A DNA stretch of 64,000 bases from Ruminococcaceae bacterium UBA1730 (GTDB lineage: Bacteria > Bacillota > Clostridia > Oscillospirales > Acutalibacteraceae): NCBI GenBank assembly GCA_002315935.1, contig DCII01000017.1:10999-74998 (forward strand), written 5' to 3'. Every line of letters begins with the position of its first letter. Position 1 is the stretch's first letter. Position numbers and translations under genes: made by a program. Shown piece by piece: positions 9,465 through 18,275 of the stretch. A model generated the notes under the pieces. The model searched no databases and was not told where the DNA came from. It saw only the letters and a program-made list of their open reading frames with translations.

Positions 9465-10901
9465 TTATCCGAGACGGCTTGCAACCTTTGCAAAAGCGTC
9501 TGCAATTGTTTTCTGAGTTGCGAGACCCATTGAATTTGTTTCGTGATAATGATTAAGACCGTTCTTATCCTTAACGCCGTTAAGATACGGCTGTGTGGGA
9601 TTGAGAATGAAATCATTGGGAGGAACAACATAACCGGTCATATCGTTTGAAACTCCGAAAACAACAATTGACTTGTCCCCTGCTATTTCAGCAAGCGGAG
9701 TAGGATTGATTTCGGGTCCTTTTCCTGTGGGAGCAACATCGGCAGGCATATATGAACCGTAAACAGTTGAAACAAAGTTTTCGCCGGGAAGAAGAAGAAT
9801 CTTCTGACCGCCGAAGGACATATATGTCATTTCTGTTTCCATAGCAATATGAGTATCGCTTTCCTCGCAGGGATATGCTTTAAAGCTCATGGTGTGGCGA
9901 AGAGCAAGAAGAGTCAGAACATAGTTTCCGACGGGAAGATAGAACGGCTGCTGAATGAAGCTGATTTCAGGCTTGAGCTCTTCATCGTTTGAAATAGTCT
10001 TAACACCGTCTGCAAGCATCTTTGCCTGAAGCTTGATACAATTCACTTTGTCGTTTTCATCATAATCGGCAACATCCATAGCTCCGATGGGACCGATACC
10101 GAAAAGAACATCTGCACCGCATTCCTCTTTAATCTGCTCTCTCATGAAATAAGGATATTCGCCGCTGAGCATTCTGTTGTTGCCGCCGAGCGAATTTGCG
10201 TGGCCGCCGAAATTCATTATCCATGTTTCATTGCTTCCGTCAGCGGGAACAAAGCGAAGTCTTGAGAGAACCTCATGCTTATCAATAAATCCTCTTCTTG
10301 TTGAAAGAGAATCGGCAAGATTTACATTGCCTTTGAAAAGCTTACCGCTCTTTCTTGCAAGATAGGCTTCCTCCGCAACCTTAACGCACTTTTCGAAGAC
10401 CATATTCATATAGTCCCAATCCTTGCCGTCTGAGGGAATATTGACAGCATTGGGTTTGCCCCAGTAGCCGAGAGTATCAATTCCGGAATGGCTGTGGGTT
10501 GCACTGAAGTTGATGAGCTTACAGCCTTTGATAACCTTTGATTCAAGAATCATTGAACGGATTTTATTGATTTCAATTCTTGTCATGCCGATAACATCGC
10601 CGCCGAGCCAGAGCATACCTTCATCGTTTCCGCAGTCAATCCAGACTGCCGAAACATAAACAGGCGAAAGAATGCCTTCCATCTTATGACCTGAACCGTG
10701 ACCTGCAATCCAGTAGGTTTTATCCTTTGTGAGGTCGGGCATGATTTCAGCTCTTGAAAAACCGAGTCTGTATGTATTTCCGCTTAATGTTGTTTTCTTA
10801 ACATCCTTGATTTCGGGAGCCGGACCTGCCTTGCAGACCTTCTTACCGTAGTTTCTTGTGATGGCAATAATGCCCTTCATTGCGAGATCGAGAATATCCA
10901 T
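9465..10901 (-). CDS. Neutral/alkaline ceramidase-like Zn amidohydrolase of unknown substrate
   Basis: SATHSHSG and NFGGHAN His motifs, C-terminal LPGE and HYHETNS, matching the ceramidase N-terminal-domain family. Start at 10901 after AAGGAGG; no signal peptide from that start. Confidence 0.6.
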   Translation of the reverse strand: MDILDLAMKGIIAITRNYGKKVCKAGPAPEIKDVKKTTLSGNTYRLGFSRAEIMPDLTKDKTYWIAGHGSGHKMEGILSPVYVSAVWIDCGNDEGMLWLGGDVIGMTRIEINKIRSMILESKVIKGCKLINFSATHSHSGIDTLGYWGKPNAVNIPSDGKDWDYMNMVFEKCVKVAEEAYLARKSGKLFKGNVNLADSLSTRRGFIDKHEVLSRLRFVPADGSNETWIMNFGGHANSLGGNNRMLSGEYPYFMREQIKEECGADVLFGIGPIGAMDVADYDENDKVNCIKLQAKMLADGVKTISNDEELKPEISFIQQPFYLPVGNYVLTLLALRHTMSFKAYPCEESDTHIAMETEMTYMSFGGQKILLLPGENFVSTVYGSYMPADVAPTGKGPEINPTPLAEIAGDKSIVVFGVSNDMTGYVVPPNDFILNPTQPYLNGVKDKNGLNHYHETNSMGLATQKTIADAFAKVASRLG

Positions 10902-11017
10902 TTTATTTTCCTCCTTAGGCAAAAAGGAATCGAACCAAATATGGTTATTACGCCATCTTTTTGCCAATATTTCTTTAAAATTGCTCTGAATACATCAAGT
11001 ATACCTGTGTTTTTCAC

Positions 11018-11404
11018 CTAATTATTTCCGAATCTGTAAATATTCTGTGATTCAATGTCAAACGGCGGAAGCATAACCGGCGGAACACCTGCGGCAGTTG
11101 TTACCGTTGCAACAATTGACTTTGCAAAAGGAAAAAGCTCCTTGAAGGATTCAACATGAATTTTTTCCTTTTCAACATCGCTCTTGAATTCAAAAACACC
11201 TCTGACAATAATATTGATATGGAATTTATCGGGATTTTCCGTATCAAACATATCGGCTGTTATTTCACCGATGCAGACATTATTGTTGGAATATTTTACG
11301 CTGTATCCGTATCTGTTTGTAAACTGAATTTTTGCACCGCCCTCAAGGCTGTTGACAAAATCTATTTTTGCGGCATTGTAGCTTTTTAATGCAACATTGT
11401 TCAT
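11018..11404 (-). CDS. SecB-like chaperone
   Basis: 128 aa with beta-rich N-terminal part and ELFPFAKSIVATVTTAAGVPPVMLPPFD, resembling the SecB LFPYxRxxIxxxTxxxGxPPxxLP signature; ATGA overlap with the upstream gene. Confidence 0.7.
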   Translation of the reverse strand: MNNVALKSYNAAKIDFVNSLEGGAKIQFTNRYGYSVKYSNNNVCIGEITADMFDTENPDKFHINIIVRGVFEFKSDVEKEKIHVESFKELFPFAKSIVATVTTAAGVPPVMLPPFDIESQNIYRFGNN

Positions 11405-12069
11405 CCGATAACCTCCGCTTTTGCAATAACAATCGGAGTTAACGGAGTTGCTTTTTCGCCGCTTGAATTATAGGCTCTTTCAACATTCAGAAAATCATCA
11501 ACCGTTTCCATGCCTTCAAAAACATAGCCAAATGCGGCATAACCGCCGTCAAGGAAGGTGCTGTCTTCATAGCATATGAAGAACTGCGAGGTTGCGGAAT
11601 CATTGGGATATGACCTTCTTGCCATTGAAACAACTCCACGCTTATGAGAAATTGTATTCTGCACAAATCCGTTCTGAGCAAATTCGACTTTTATTGTTGC
11701 AGAATCAGATTCTCCATCTTTCGGCATTCCACCCTGAGCCATAAAGCCGTCAACAACTCTATGGAAATTCGAGCCGTCATAAAATCCGCTTGAAACAAGA
11801 TTAACAAAGTTTTCAACCGTTTCGGGAGCGTACTCGGGATAAAGCTTCATAGAAAAGGTTTTGCCGTTTTCCATTGTGAATTTAACAATAGGATGATTGA
11901 CCGAAGGGTCTTCCTGAATGTCGGCATAATAAGCATTTGCAGATGCGGACTGATTTTCGTTATTTACGGCAGTTGAAGAAGCTGTGTTATCCTCGGTTTT
12001 GCTTCCGCAGGCAGAAAAAACAAGAACAAGGCAAAGCAAAAGAGAAGCAATTCTTATCATATTTTTCAT
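11401..12069 (-). CDS. Cyclophilin-type peptidyl-prolyl isomerase, lipoprotein
   Basis: Lipobox LVFSA-C; APETVENF, FHRVVDGFMAQGG, SMAR, SQFFI, YAAFG. Confidence 0.92.
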   Translation of the reverse strand: MKNMIRIASLLLCLVLVFSACGSKTEDNTASSTAVNNENQSASANAYYADIQEDPSVNHPIVKFTMENGKTFSMKLYPEYAPETVENFVNLVSSGFYDGSNFHRVVDGFMAQGGMPKDGESDSATIKVEFAQNGFVQNTISHKRGVVSMARRSYPNDSATSQFFICYEDSTFLDGGYAAFGYVFEGMETVDDFLNVERAYNSSGEKATPLTPIVIAKAEVIG

Positions 12070-12080
12070 TTCAATTCACC

Positions 12081-13097
12081 TCAGGCAAAGCATTCAGCAA
12101 TTTTGGCAGTTCCTTTGATTATAAACTTATCGGCGGCACTGAACGGAACAAAGAAATAATCGCCTTTTTTGATTTCTCTTTCATAGCCGTCTCCGACTAT
12201 TTTTGCTTCTCCGTCAAGAACAACATAAATCGCAACACCCTTGGAAAGTCTGAATTCGCCGTTATTGAGAGTTATAGTTCTTACATTGAAGCTCTCGGTA
12301 ATGTTTTTGCCGATAATTGATTCATAAATAAATCCTTCCGCTTTTTCGATAACCTCAGGTTTAAGCGGAGCGGGATACCTCTTGCCTATATCAAAGCATT
12401 CAAGAGCATTTTTTCTTGAAAGCCCGATATACATTTCGTTATCGGAAAGCCTGTAATTTCCGCAAAATCTTTCGGGCTGAATTGTGAAATCAGTCGGTTC
12501 CTGAACCTCAAGAAGAAGGCAACCATATCCGATTGCATGAACCATCTTTGCCGGAATATAAATTACATCGCCGACCTTGACATCAATTGAGCTGAGAAGC
12601 TCCTCCATTGCATTTGAGCCATTGTCGCTTTCGTCAATTGCTTTTTCAAAATCTTCAAGAGTTACTCCGTCTTTAAAGCCATAATAAATCTTTGCTCCGG
12701 GACGAGTTGCAAGAATAATCCAGCTTTCTTCCTTTCCGTATTTCGAATTGAAATATTTTGCTGAAAAGGCTTTATCCGGATGAGCCTGAACGGGAAGACG
12801 GATTGCAGAATCGAGAATCTTTGTCAGAATTCCGATGTCCTGCCGGTCACCGAGCATTTCCTTCTTATATTCATTTATGGCATTATTCAGATAAATATCC
12901 GTTCCTTCGATTTTTGAAATTCCTTCATATTCATCAGTGCTTCCCTCGTTGAGAGCATGAACTGTTGAAACAACCCATTCCTCGGGGAAGAATCCATCCT
13001 CGGAATCATCGCCGAAAAATTCGGAAAAAAGCTTTCCACCGGTATAAACTCTTGCAACACGGTTTTTTTCAAAAAATATCGGTCTGTCATAAAACAT
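12081..13097 (-). CDS. Class I mannose-6-phosphate isomerase-like cupin
   Basis: LTKILDSAIRLPVQAHPD, KEESW, VHAIG, LEVQEP metal-ligand motifs. Confidence 0.8.
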   Translation of the reverse strand: MFYDRPIFFEKNRVARVYTGGKLFSEFFGDDSEDGFFPEEWVVSTVHALNEGSTDEYEGISKIEGTDIYLNNAINEYKKEMLGDRQDIGILTKILDSAIRLPVQAHPDKAFSAKYFNSKYGKEESWIILATRPGAKIYYGFKDGVTLEDFEKAIDESDNGSNAMEELLSSIDVKVGDVIYIPAKMVHAIGYGCLLLEVQEPTDFTIQPERFCGNYRLSDNEMYIGLSRKNALECFDIGKRYPAPLKPEVIEKAEGFIYESIIGKNITESFNVRTITLNNGEFRLSKGVAIYVVLDGEAKIVGDGYEREIKKGDYFFVPFSAADKFIIKGTAKIAECFA

Positions 13098-13099
13098 TT

Positions 13100-14392
13100 T
13101 TAGTCACCTCTGTATTTTATAATCGAACAGGCTTCGTCAATGGAACCGAATTCGCCTACAGCAACCGCAGCGGAAAGAGCTGCACCGAATGCGGCTTCCT
13201 CCTCGTAGCAGGGAAGCTTGATTTCAGCCTTGAACATATTTTCAACTATTCTGCAAAGAACGGGATTTTTTCTTATTCCGTTGCCTGAGCAGACAACTGC
13301 ATTCTTCGTGACGCCGGAAGCTTTATAAAATCCGAAAAGCTCATCGGCAATGCCTTCGAGAGTTGCAAATGCAAATTCCGCAACATTGAAATTATTTTCG
13401 GTTATTCCGAAATATCCGCCTTTAACAGCAGGGTCTTTTCTTGTTCCGCAAAATCTGCAATCAGCCTTTATTTCCGATTCGGATTTATTTTCAAGAATCT
13501 TATCGAGAACGGGATAGAAATTATCAATATCAGCTCCCGAAAGAGAAGCGATTTCTTTACAGAATTTTTCAAACATTGCGAAGGCTCTTCCGCCGCAGAG
13601 CGAACAGCCTGCACAAAGAAATCTCTTACCGTCAAACGGTCTTAATTCAACTCCCTCAATCTCGGCAAAATCATCAATCAGAAATGAAATCTGCGAACCG
13701 GTTCCGACATTGACAAGAGCATAGTCGGCACATCTGACTGAGCCGATAAAGCTTGCCTGATTATCGCCGAGAGCAACGGCAACGGGAACGCCTCTGTATT
13801 CGCCTGCAACCTTAAACTCTGTTGTAACTTCGGGAAGACGAGCATTATCAATTCTGAATTTATTGTTCTTAACATCAAAAGCTCCGAGACTTGCGGCGTT
13901 TGTTATATGAACAACGGGAGTATCAAGCTCGCAAAGACGCATAACAATCCAATCGGCAATTGTGCAGAGAAATGCTGCATCCTCGGGAATAAGTCCGTTT
14001 GCTTCGTTATACAGGTCGGTGGCAAGTCCGTAACCCGGAAAACATCCGAGATATTCAGCAAAGGTTTTTCCGTCTTTGTATTCCTTTGCACCTCTCTGGT
14101 CCTGCCAGATATAAAGCGGACTCAACGCCTTGCCTGTTTCATTTGTATACAGAATTCCGTGCATCTGACCGGAAAATCCTATTGCAGAAACATCTTCATC
14201 AAAAAGCTCATCAATTATGCCGAAAACAATATCGAATATTGAATCGGCATCCTGAATTCTTTCAAATTCATTATCGGAGGAAATGAAGGAAGCGTTTTTT
14301 CGGGTTAAGCTTCTGAGCATTTCTCCGCTTTCGGTATCGGTTATAACTCCGCATATGCCGGTAGTTCCGATGTCTATTCCTAAAATTTTCAA
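13100..14392 (-). CDS. FGGY-family carbohydrate kinase, sedoheptulokinase-like
   Basis: LGIDIGTT, GFSGQMHG, YIWQDQRG, TNAASLG, LGDNQAS, NVGTGSQIS, CGGRAF, SGNGIRKN. Confidence 0.85.
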   Translation of the reverse strand: MKILGIDIGTTGICGVITDTESGEMLRSLTRKNASFISSDNEFERIQDADSIFDIVFGIIDELFDEDVSAIGFSGQMHGILYTNETGKALSPLYIWQDQRGAKEYKDGKTFAEYLGCFPGYGLATDLYNEANGLIPEDAAFLCTIADWIVMRLCELDTPVVHITNAASLGAFDVKNNKFRIDNARLPEVTTEFKVAGEYRGVPVAVALGDNQASFIGSVRCADYALVNVGTGSQISFLIDDFAEIEGVELRPFDGKRFLCAGCSLCGGRAFAMFEKFCKEIASLSGADIDNFYPVLDKILENKSESEIKADCRFCGTRKDPAVKGGYFGITENNFNVAEFAFATLEGIADELFGFYKASGVTKNAVVCSGNGIRKNPVLCRIVENMFKAEIKLPCYEEEAAFGAALSAAVAVGEFGSIDEACSIIKYRGD

Positions 14393-14404
14393 TTCATTAC
14401 CTCT

Positions 14405-16729
14405 TTAGCAGAATGTTGTTGAAGCCGGGTCAAGTCTTGTGATTATATCCTGCTGAATTGCAGGAGAAAGGTCAAGGAAATTAACGAATGTGCCGTGAAT
14501 TCTCATAATGTAAACTCCGCTCGGAGCATATTTCTTTGGATTTGCAAGAACCTTTCGAAGAATTTCTGCTGTTGTGACATTGACATAAAGATAGAAGGGA
14601 GAAACGCCTTCCTTGAGCGGATTGAAGAAGAGAGGAGCAATAACCTTATCCCTGAATTCAACGCCCTTTTCCTCATAGGATTCACCTCTGAAATATTTCG
14701 GGTCAATGCCGAGATGCGAAGCATAACCGCCGTTGAACTTTTCAAACGGCATTTTCATATTCGAAAGCATACGGAATCCGAGACCGTTTTCTGCACTTCC
14801 GTAAAGCGGGTCAACACCGTAGCCGAGCATATCTCTTGATTTTCTGCCGTCGGGAGTTGCACCGACCCAGTAGCCGTAGAGAAGATGGGTTGAGGGCGAG
14901 CTGAAATCGGGTCTGAAGGGATTTCCGAGATAATTCTTTTGCGAAGCAACTATATCGGAAACCTTTGAAGCAATTTCCCCTGCTTCATTATCAACCTTTT
15001 CGATATTGTTGCCGAACTTATCGGCAGAAAGAAGGAATGCACGAAGGTCCTCATAGCCTTTGAAATCAGCCTTGAGAGCATCAACAAGCTTATCTGCATC
15101 CTCAGGTCTTTCGGAAAGAAGCTTATCAATTGCGGAGAATGAATCTGCAATAACCGAAACGCCGTGGATAAGACAACCGCTTCCGTTATATTTTGTTCCC
15201 TGCTTATGAATATCTCTTGCATCAATGCCGTTCTCAAGGCATCCCATTATGCAGGAAAGGAAGGGAACTCTCTGGGTTGAAAGAGCTTCGGAAGCACCGT
15301 TTGCACATTTGCACATTGCTTCAACAAACTTTTCAACATTCTTATAGAATACTTCTCTGATATTTTCAAGACTTGCCTTTTCACACTCAACAAGCTTTTC
15401 GCCTGTGATAGTGGAAACACCGCCCGTTAAAGTCATTTCAAGAATCTTGGGAAGATTCAGCCAACTATTGGTTGTGTTGCCTGTATCCTTGCCCATAATA
15501 AGAGGCTCCTGACATCCTGCAATTGAAATATCGGCAAGGTCTTCCTTGTCAACTCCCTTTGAACCGAGAACCTCGAAAAGAGAATCATCATTGAAGAATG
15601 AGGGAGTAAGCACTCCGGGGCTGAAAAGAAATCTGCCCATTTCCTCATATAACTTTGCAGGGGTATTCTTATGAAGCTTAACGGAAAGAATAGGCTGAGG
15701 AAGATTCATGTCATAATAGGCATCCATGAGAGCATAGGTTGAAGGATTGGTTAAATCGTTGCCGTCAGCATCTCTGCCGCTGATTATGATATTCTGCGAA
15801 ATTGCCCAGCTTCTGTCCGCAACATTGAAATAAACAAGAAAATGCTTGAAATATGCGGCTTCGGTTTCTCTGTCCATTCCGTTTCTGTACGGTTCAAAAA
15901 TTCTGTCAGCATTGCCGACTGAAAAAGCAAAGGGATTCGGAGTCTGTTCAAGGCACATAACCTGCCAGAGAAGCTGGAATGCCTGAATAGCTTCCTCAAG
16001 ATTTTCGCATCCGTTTTCGGGAACCTTACGGAGATTCTTAACCATCTGCTCAAGCTGAAGCTTTCTTTCTGCCGAAGCTGTTTTCATCTGTTCTTCGGCA
16101 ATATCGGCATATCTGTTTGCAAGAATAATTACGCTGTCGAGAACAATTCTGAATGCTTCGAAGCCCTTGCCTTCCTTTCCTTCGATTTTTGAAATCATAT
16201 TTTTAACGCCGTATTTGATTGCATATCTCATATCGGGAATGAGATGACCCGTTACCTGCTCGAAGAAGAAAATAACCTCTTTTGTGTAGCATTCGGCAGG
16301 ACCGTATACCTTGCCGAGCTTTGTTGCATATTCGGATTTGCCGAATTCCGCTCTCGCACTGTCAATTCTTTCCTGCGTGAATTCTTCGTTTGCATCAATG
16401 TCGCCGAAAACAGCCGTTGGGTCGCAATAACCGCTGAATTCTTCAACCTTGAAGGTGGGATTTATAAGTGCATAGCTTCTTGCAAAGCCGTCATCCTGCG
16501 TACCTGCAAAAAGCTGATAATCGCTGATTGAAAGAGGAATTGTTCTGATTATTTCTCTCAAAATGAGAGCTTTTTTAACCTCTTCATTTTCGTTTGCGTA
16601 TGTTTTTTCAAGCTCAAGCTCTTTTTCTTTCGCAATGAACCATCCGTCAAGCCTGTTGCCTGCTCTCTTTTCTTTGAAAAGTGCCTTTGCCATTTCGGTA
16701 ATCTTCGATGCGTTAAGTAACTTATCCAT
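14405..16729 (-). CDS. Glycyl radical enzyme (PFL superfamily) of unknown reaction
   Basis: 774 aa; Cys loop SIAGCQEP (Cys codon 15512-15514); C-terminal Gly loop MRIHGTF (Gly codon 14492-14494); VGATPDGR, FGNN and QQDIITR motifs; adjacent activase. Confidence 0.88.
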   Translation of the reverse strand: MDKLLNASKITEMAKALFKEKRAGNRLDGWFIAKEKELELEKTYANENEEVKKALILREIIRTIPLSISDYQLFAGTQDDGFARSYALINPTFKVEEFSGYCDPTAVFGDIDANEEFTQERIDSARAEFGKSEYATKLGKVYGPAECYTKEVIFFFEQVTGHLIPDMRYAIKYGVKNMISKIEGKEGKGFEAFRIVLDSVIILANRYADIAEEQMKTASAERKLQLEQMVKNLRKVPENGCENLEEAIQAFQLLWQVMCLEQTPNPFAFSVGNADRIFEPYRNGMDRETEAAYFKHFLVYFNVADRSWAISQNIIISGRDADGNDLTNPSTYALMDAYYDMNLPQPILSVKLHKNTPAKLYEEMGRFLFSPGVLTPSFFNDDSLFEVLGSKGVDKEDLADISIAGCQEPLIMGKDTGNTTNSWLNLPKILEMTLTGGVSTITGEKLVECEKASLENIREVFYKNVEKFVEAMCKCANGASEALSTQRVPFLSCIMGCLENGIDARDIHKQGTKYNGSGCLIHGVSVIADSFSAIDKLLSERPEDADKLVDALKADFKGYEDLRAFLLSADKFGNNIEKVDNEAGEIASKVSDIVASQKNYLGNPFRPDFSSPSTHLLYGYWVGATPDGRKSRDMLGYGVDPLYGSAENGLGFRMLSNMKMPFEKFNGGYASHLGIDPKYFRGESYEEKGVEFRDKVIAPLFFNPLKEGVSPFYLYVNVTTAEILRKVLANPKKYAPSGVYIMRIHGTFVNFLDLSPAIQQDIITRLDPASTTFC

Positions 16730-16741
16730 TTCGTTCTCTCC

Positions 16742-17446
16742 TTATGAAGTAACGGTTTTAAAGCCGTAATTTCTGAATACTTCGGTAAACTCTCTGATTT
16801 TTTCAGGCGAAACAAACCCGTTTTCAATCTGATATTTACCCTTCCATTTATCTTTTCCGAATTCATGATAAGCAAGAAATTCAAAATCAGCGTTTGAACA
16901 ATCAAACCTTGAAAAAAACTCCGCAAATCCTTGAGGATTATCGTTAATTCCGTTGATAACGGGAATTCTGATATGAATTTCTCTGCCCGAATTCAGAAAA
17001 TATGCAATGTTCTTCTTTGTAATTTCGTTTGGGGAGCCGGTCCATTTTATGTGAATTTCTCCATCATAATGCTTCAAATCAATAATCAGAAAATCAACAT
17101 ATTGTGAAATCTCGGGAAGCTTTTCGGATGAACCGTTTGTTTCAATGCAGGTGTTTATTGAATTTTCTTTAAGCTTCTTCAGAAGAATAATAAGCTCGTT
17201 CGACTGTAGGGTACATTCGCCGCCGGTAAAGGTCACTCCCCCTCCGTCAAAAAACATCATCCTGCTTCGCATTATCTCATTAAACAGTTCATCAACCGAA
17301 TATTCCTTTGCTTTTGAATTCTGCTTTGGAATAGAATCTGCATTTGAACACCATTTGCAGGCAAAATTACAGCCCTGAAGATGATAAACAAGCCTGTTGC
17401 CGGGACCATCCTGCGAATAATTGAAGCCTTTCTGAAGAATCAACAA
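16742..17446 (-). CDS. Glycyl-radical enzyme activating enzyme (radical SAM)
   Basis: DGPG motif, GCNFACKWC (CxxxCxxC), GVTFTGGE, IETNG; no ferredoxin insert; TTG start. Confidence 0.92.
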   Translation of the reverse strand: MLILQKGFNYSQDGPGNRLVYHLQGCNFACKWCSNADSIPKQNSKAKEYSVDELFNEIMRSRMMFFDGGGVTFTGGECTLQSNELIILLKKLKENSINTCIETNGSSEKLPEISQYVDFLIIDLKHYDGEIHIKWTGSPNEITKKNIAYFLNSGREIHIRIPVINGINDNPQGFAEFFSRFDCSNADFEFLAYHEFGKDKWKGKYQIENGFVSPEKIREFTEVFRNYGFKTVTS

Positions 17447-17477
17447 AACATAATCACCCGATTTTATTATTTATTTT

Positions 17478-17506
17478 ATAATAATGTTTTTGCAGATAAA
17501 TGTCAA
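17478..17506 (-). promoter_or_regulatory. sigma-A promoter of the GRE operon
   Basis: Minus strand TTGACA-17 nt-TATTAT. Confidence 0.6.
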
Positions 17507-17521
17507 TATCTAACAAAATTA

Positions 17522-17550
17522 TTGACAAGAAATTTTTAATACAATATAAT
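17522..17550 (+). promoter_or_regulatory. Perfect consensus sigma-A promoter of birA, back-to-back with the GRE operon promoter
   Basis: TTGACA (17522-17527), 17 nt, TATAAT (17545-17550). Confidence 0.8.
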
Positions 17551-17557
17551 ATCCTCG

Positions 17558-18259
17558 GTGATAAAATTGTATTTTAACGAATACCATTTCAATTCAATCA
17601 GCTCAACAAGCGATTACGCTTCCGAAAATACCGATAAAATTAAAACTCCGGCAATTATTTCGGCGGATGAACAAACACAAGGCAGAGGCAGAAAAGGGCG
17701 AAGCTTCTATTCCCCTGCTCATAGTGGTTTATATTTCACAATTCTGATTAAAACGGAAAATCCTCCCGATAACATTACACCTGCGGCAGCCGTTGCAGTT
17801 TGCAGAGCAATTGAAAATCTTTCGGATTTAAAGCCGAAAATCAAGTGGGTCAACGATGTTTTTCTGAATAACAAAAAAGTCTGCGGCATTCTCTGCGAAG
17901 CTTATATCAGAAATAACGAAGGATATGTTTCAATCGGAATAGGAATAAACCTTACCACAAAGGATTTTCCGGAAAATCTTTCGCAGGCAGGAAGCATCGG
18001 AAGCATTGATAAGAATAGCCTTATTGCTGAAATATCAGACTTTATCGGCTCTTATTTCGAATATCCATGCAAATTTGATATTGTTTCGGAATACAACAAA
18101 CGCTTATTCATCAAAGGAATGAACATAACATATACGCTTGACAACGAAGAAAATCAGGCAACAGTAATCGGAATAAATGAAAACTGCAATCTTTTGGTCA
18201 GAAATTCTGACGGAAAAGAAATAATTTTATCTTCGGGTGAAATATCAATTCATATATAA
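17558..18259 (+). CDS. birA: Biotin--[acetyl-CoA-carboxylase] ligase, group I (no HTH)
   Basis: STSDY, EQTQGRGRKGRSFYSP, IKWVNDV, KKVCGIL, GIGINL, SGEI; 233 aa with no N-terminal DNA-binding domain. Confidence 0.93.
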   Translation: MIKLYFNEYHFNSISSTSDYASENTDKIKTPAIISADEQTQGRGRKGRSFYSPAHSGLYFTILIKTENPPDNITPAAAVAVCRAIENLSDLKPKIKWVNDVFLNNKKVCGILCEAYIRNNEGYVSIGIGINLTTKDFPENLSQAGSIGSIDKNSLIAEISDFIGSYFEYPCKFDIVSEYNKRLFIKGMNITYTLDNEENQATVIGINENCNLLVRNSDGKEIILSSGEISIHI

Positions 18260-18275
18260 CTGAAAGGAAAATCAC

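Noticed and set aside
14405-16729. Calling the GRE pyruvate formate-lyase (pflB)
   Set aside because: Lacks the vicinal CC active site and RVSGY loop; has a single-Cys GCQE loop and a sugar-kinase context
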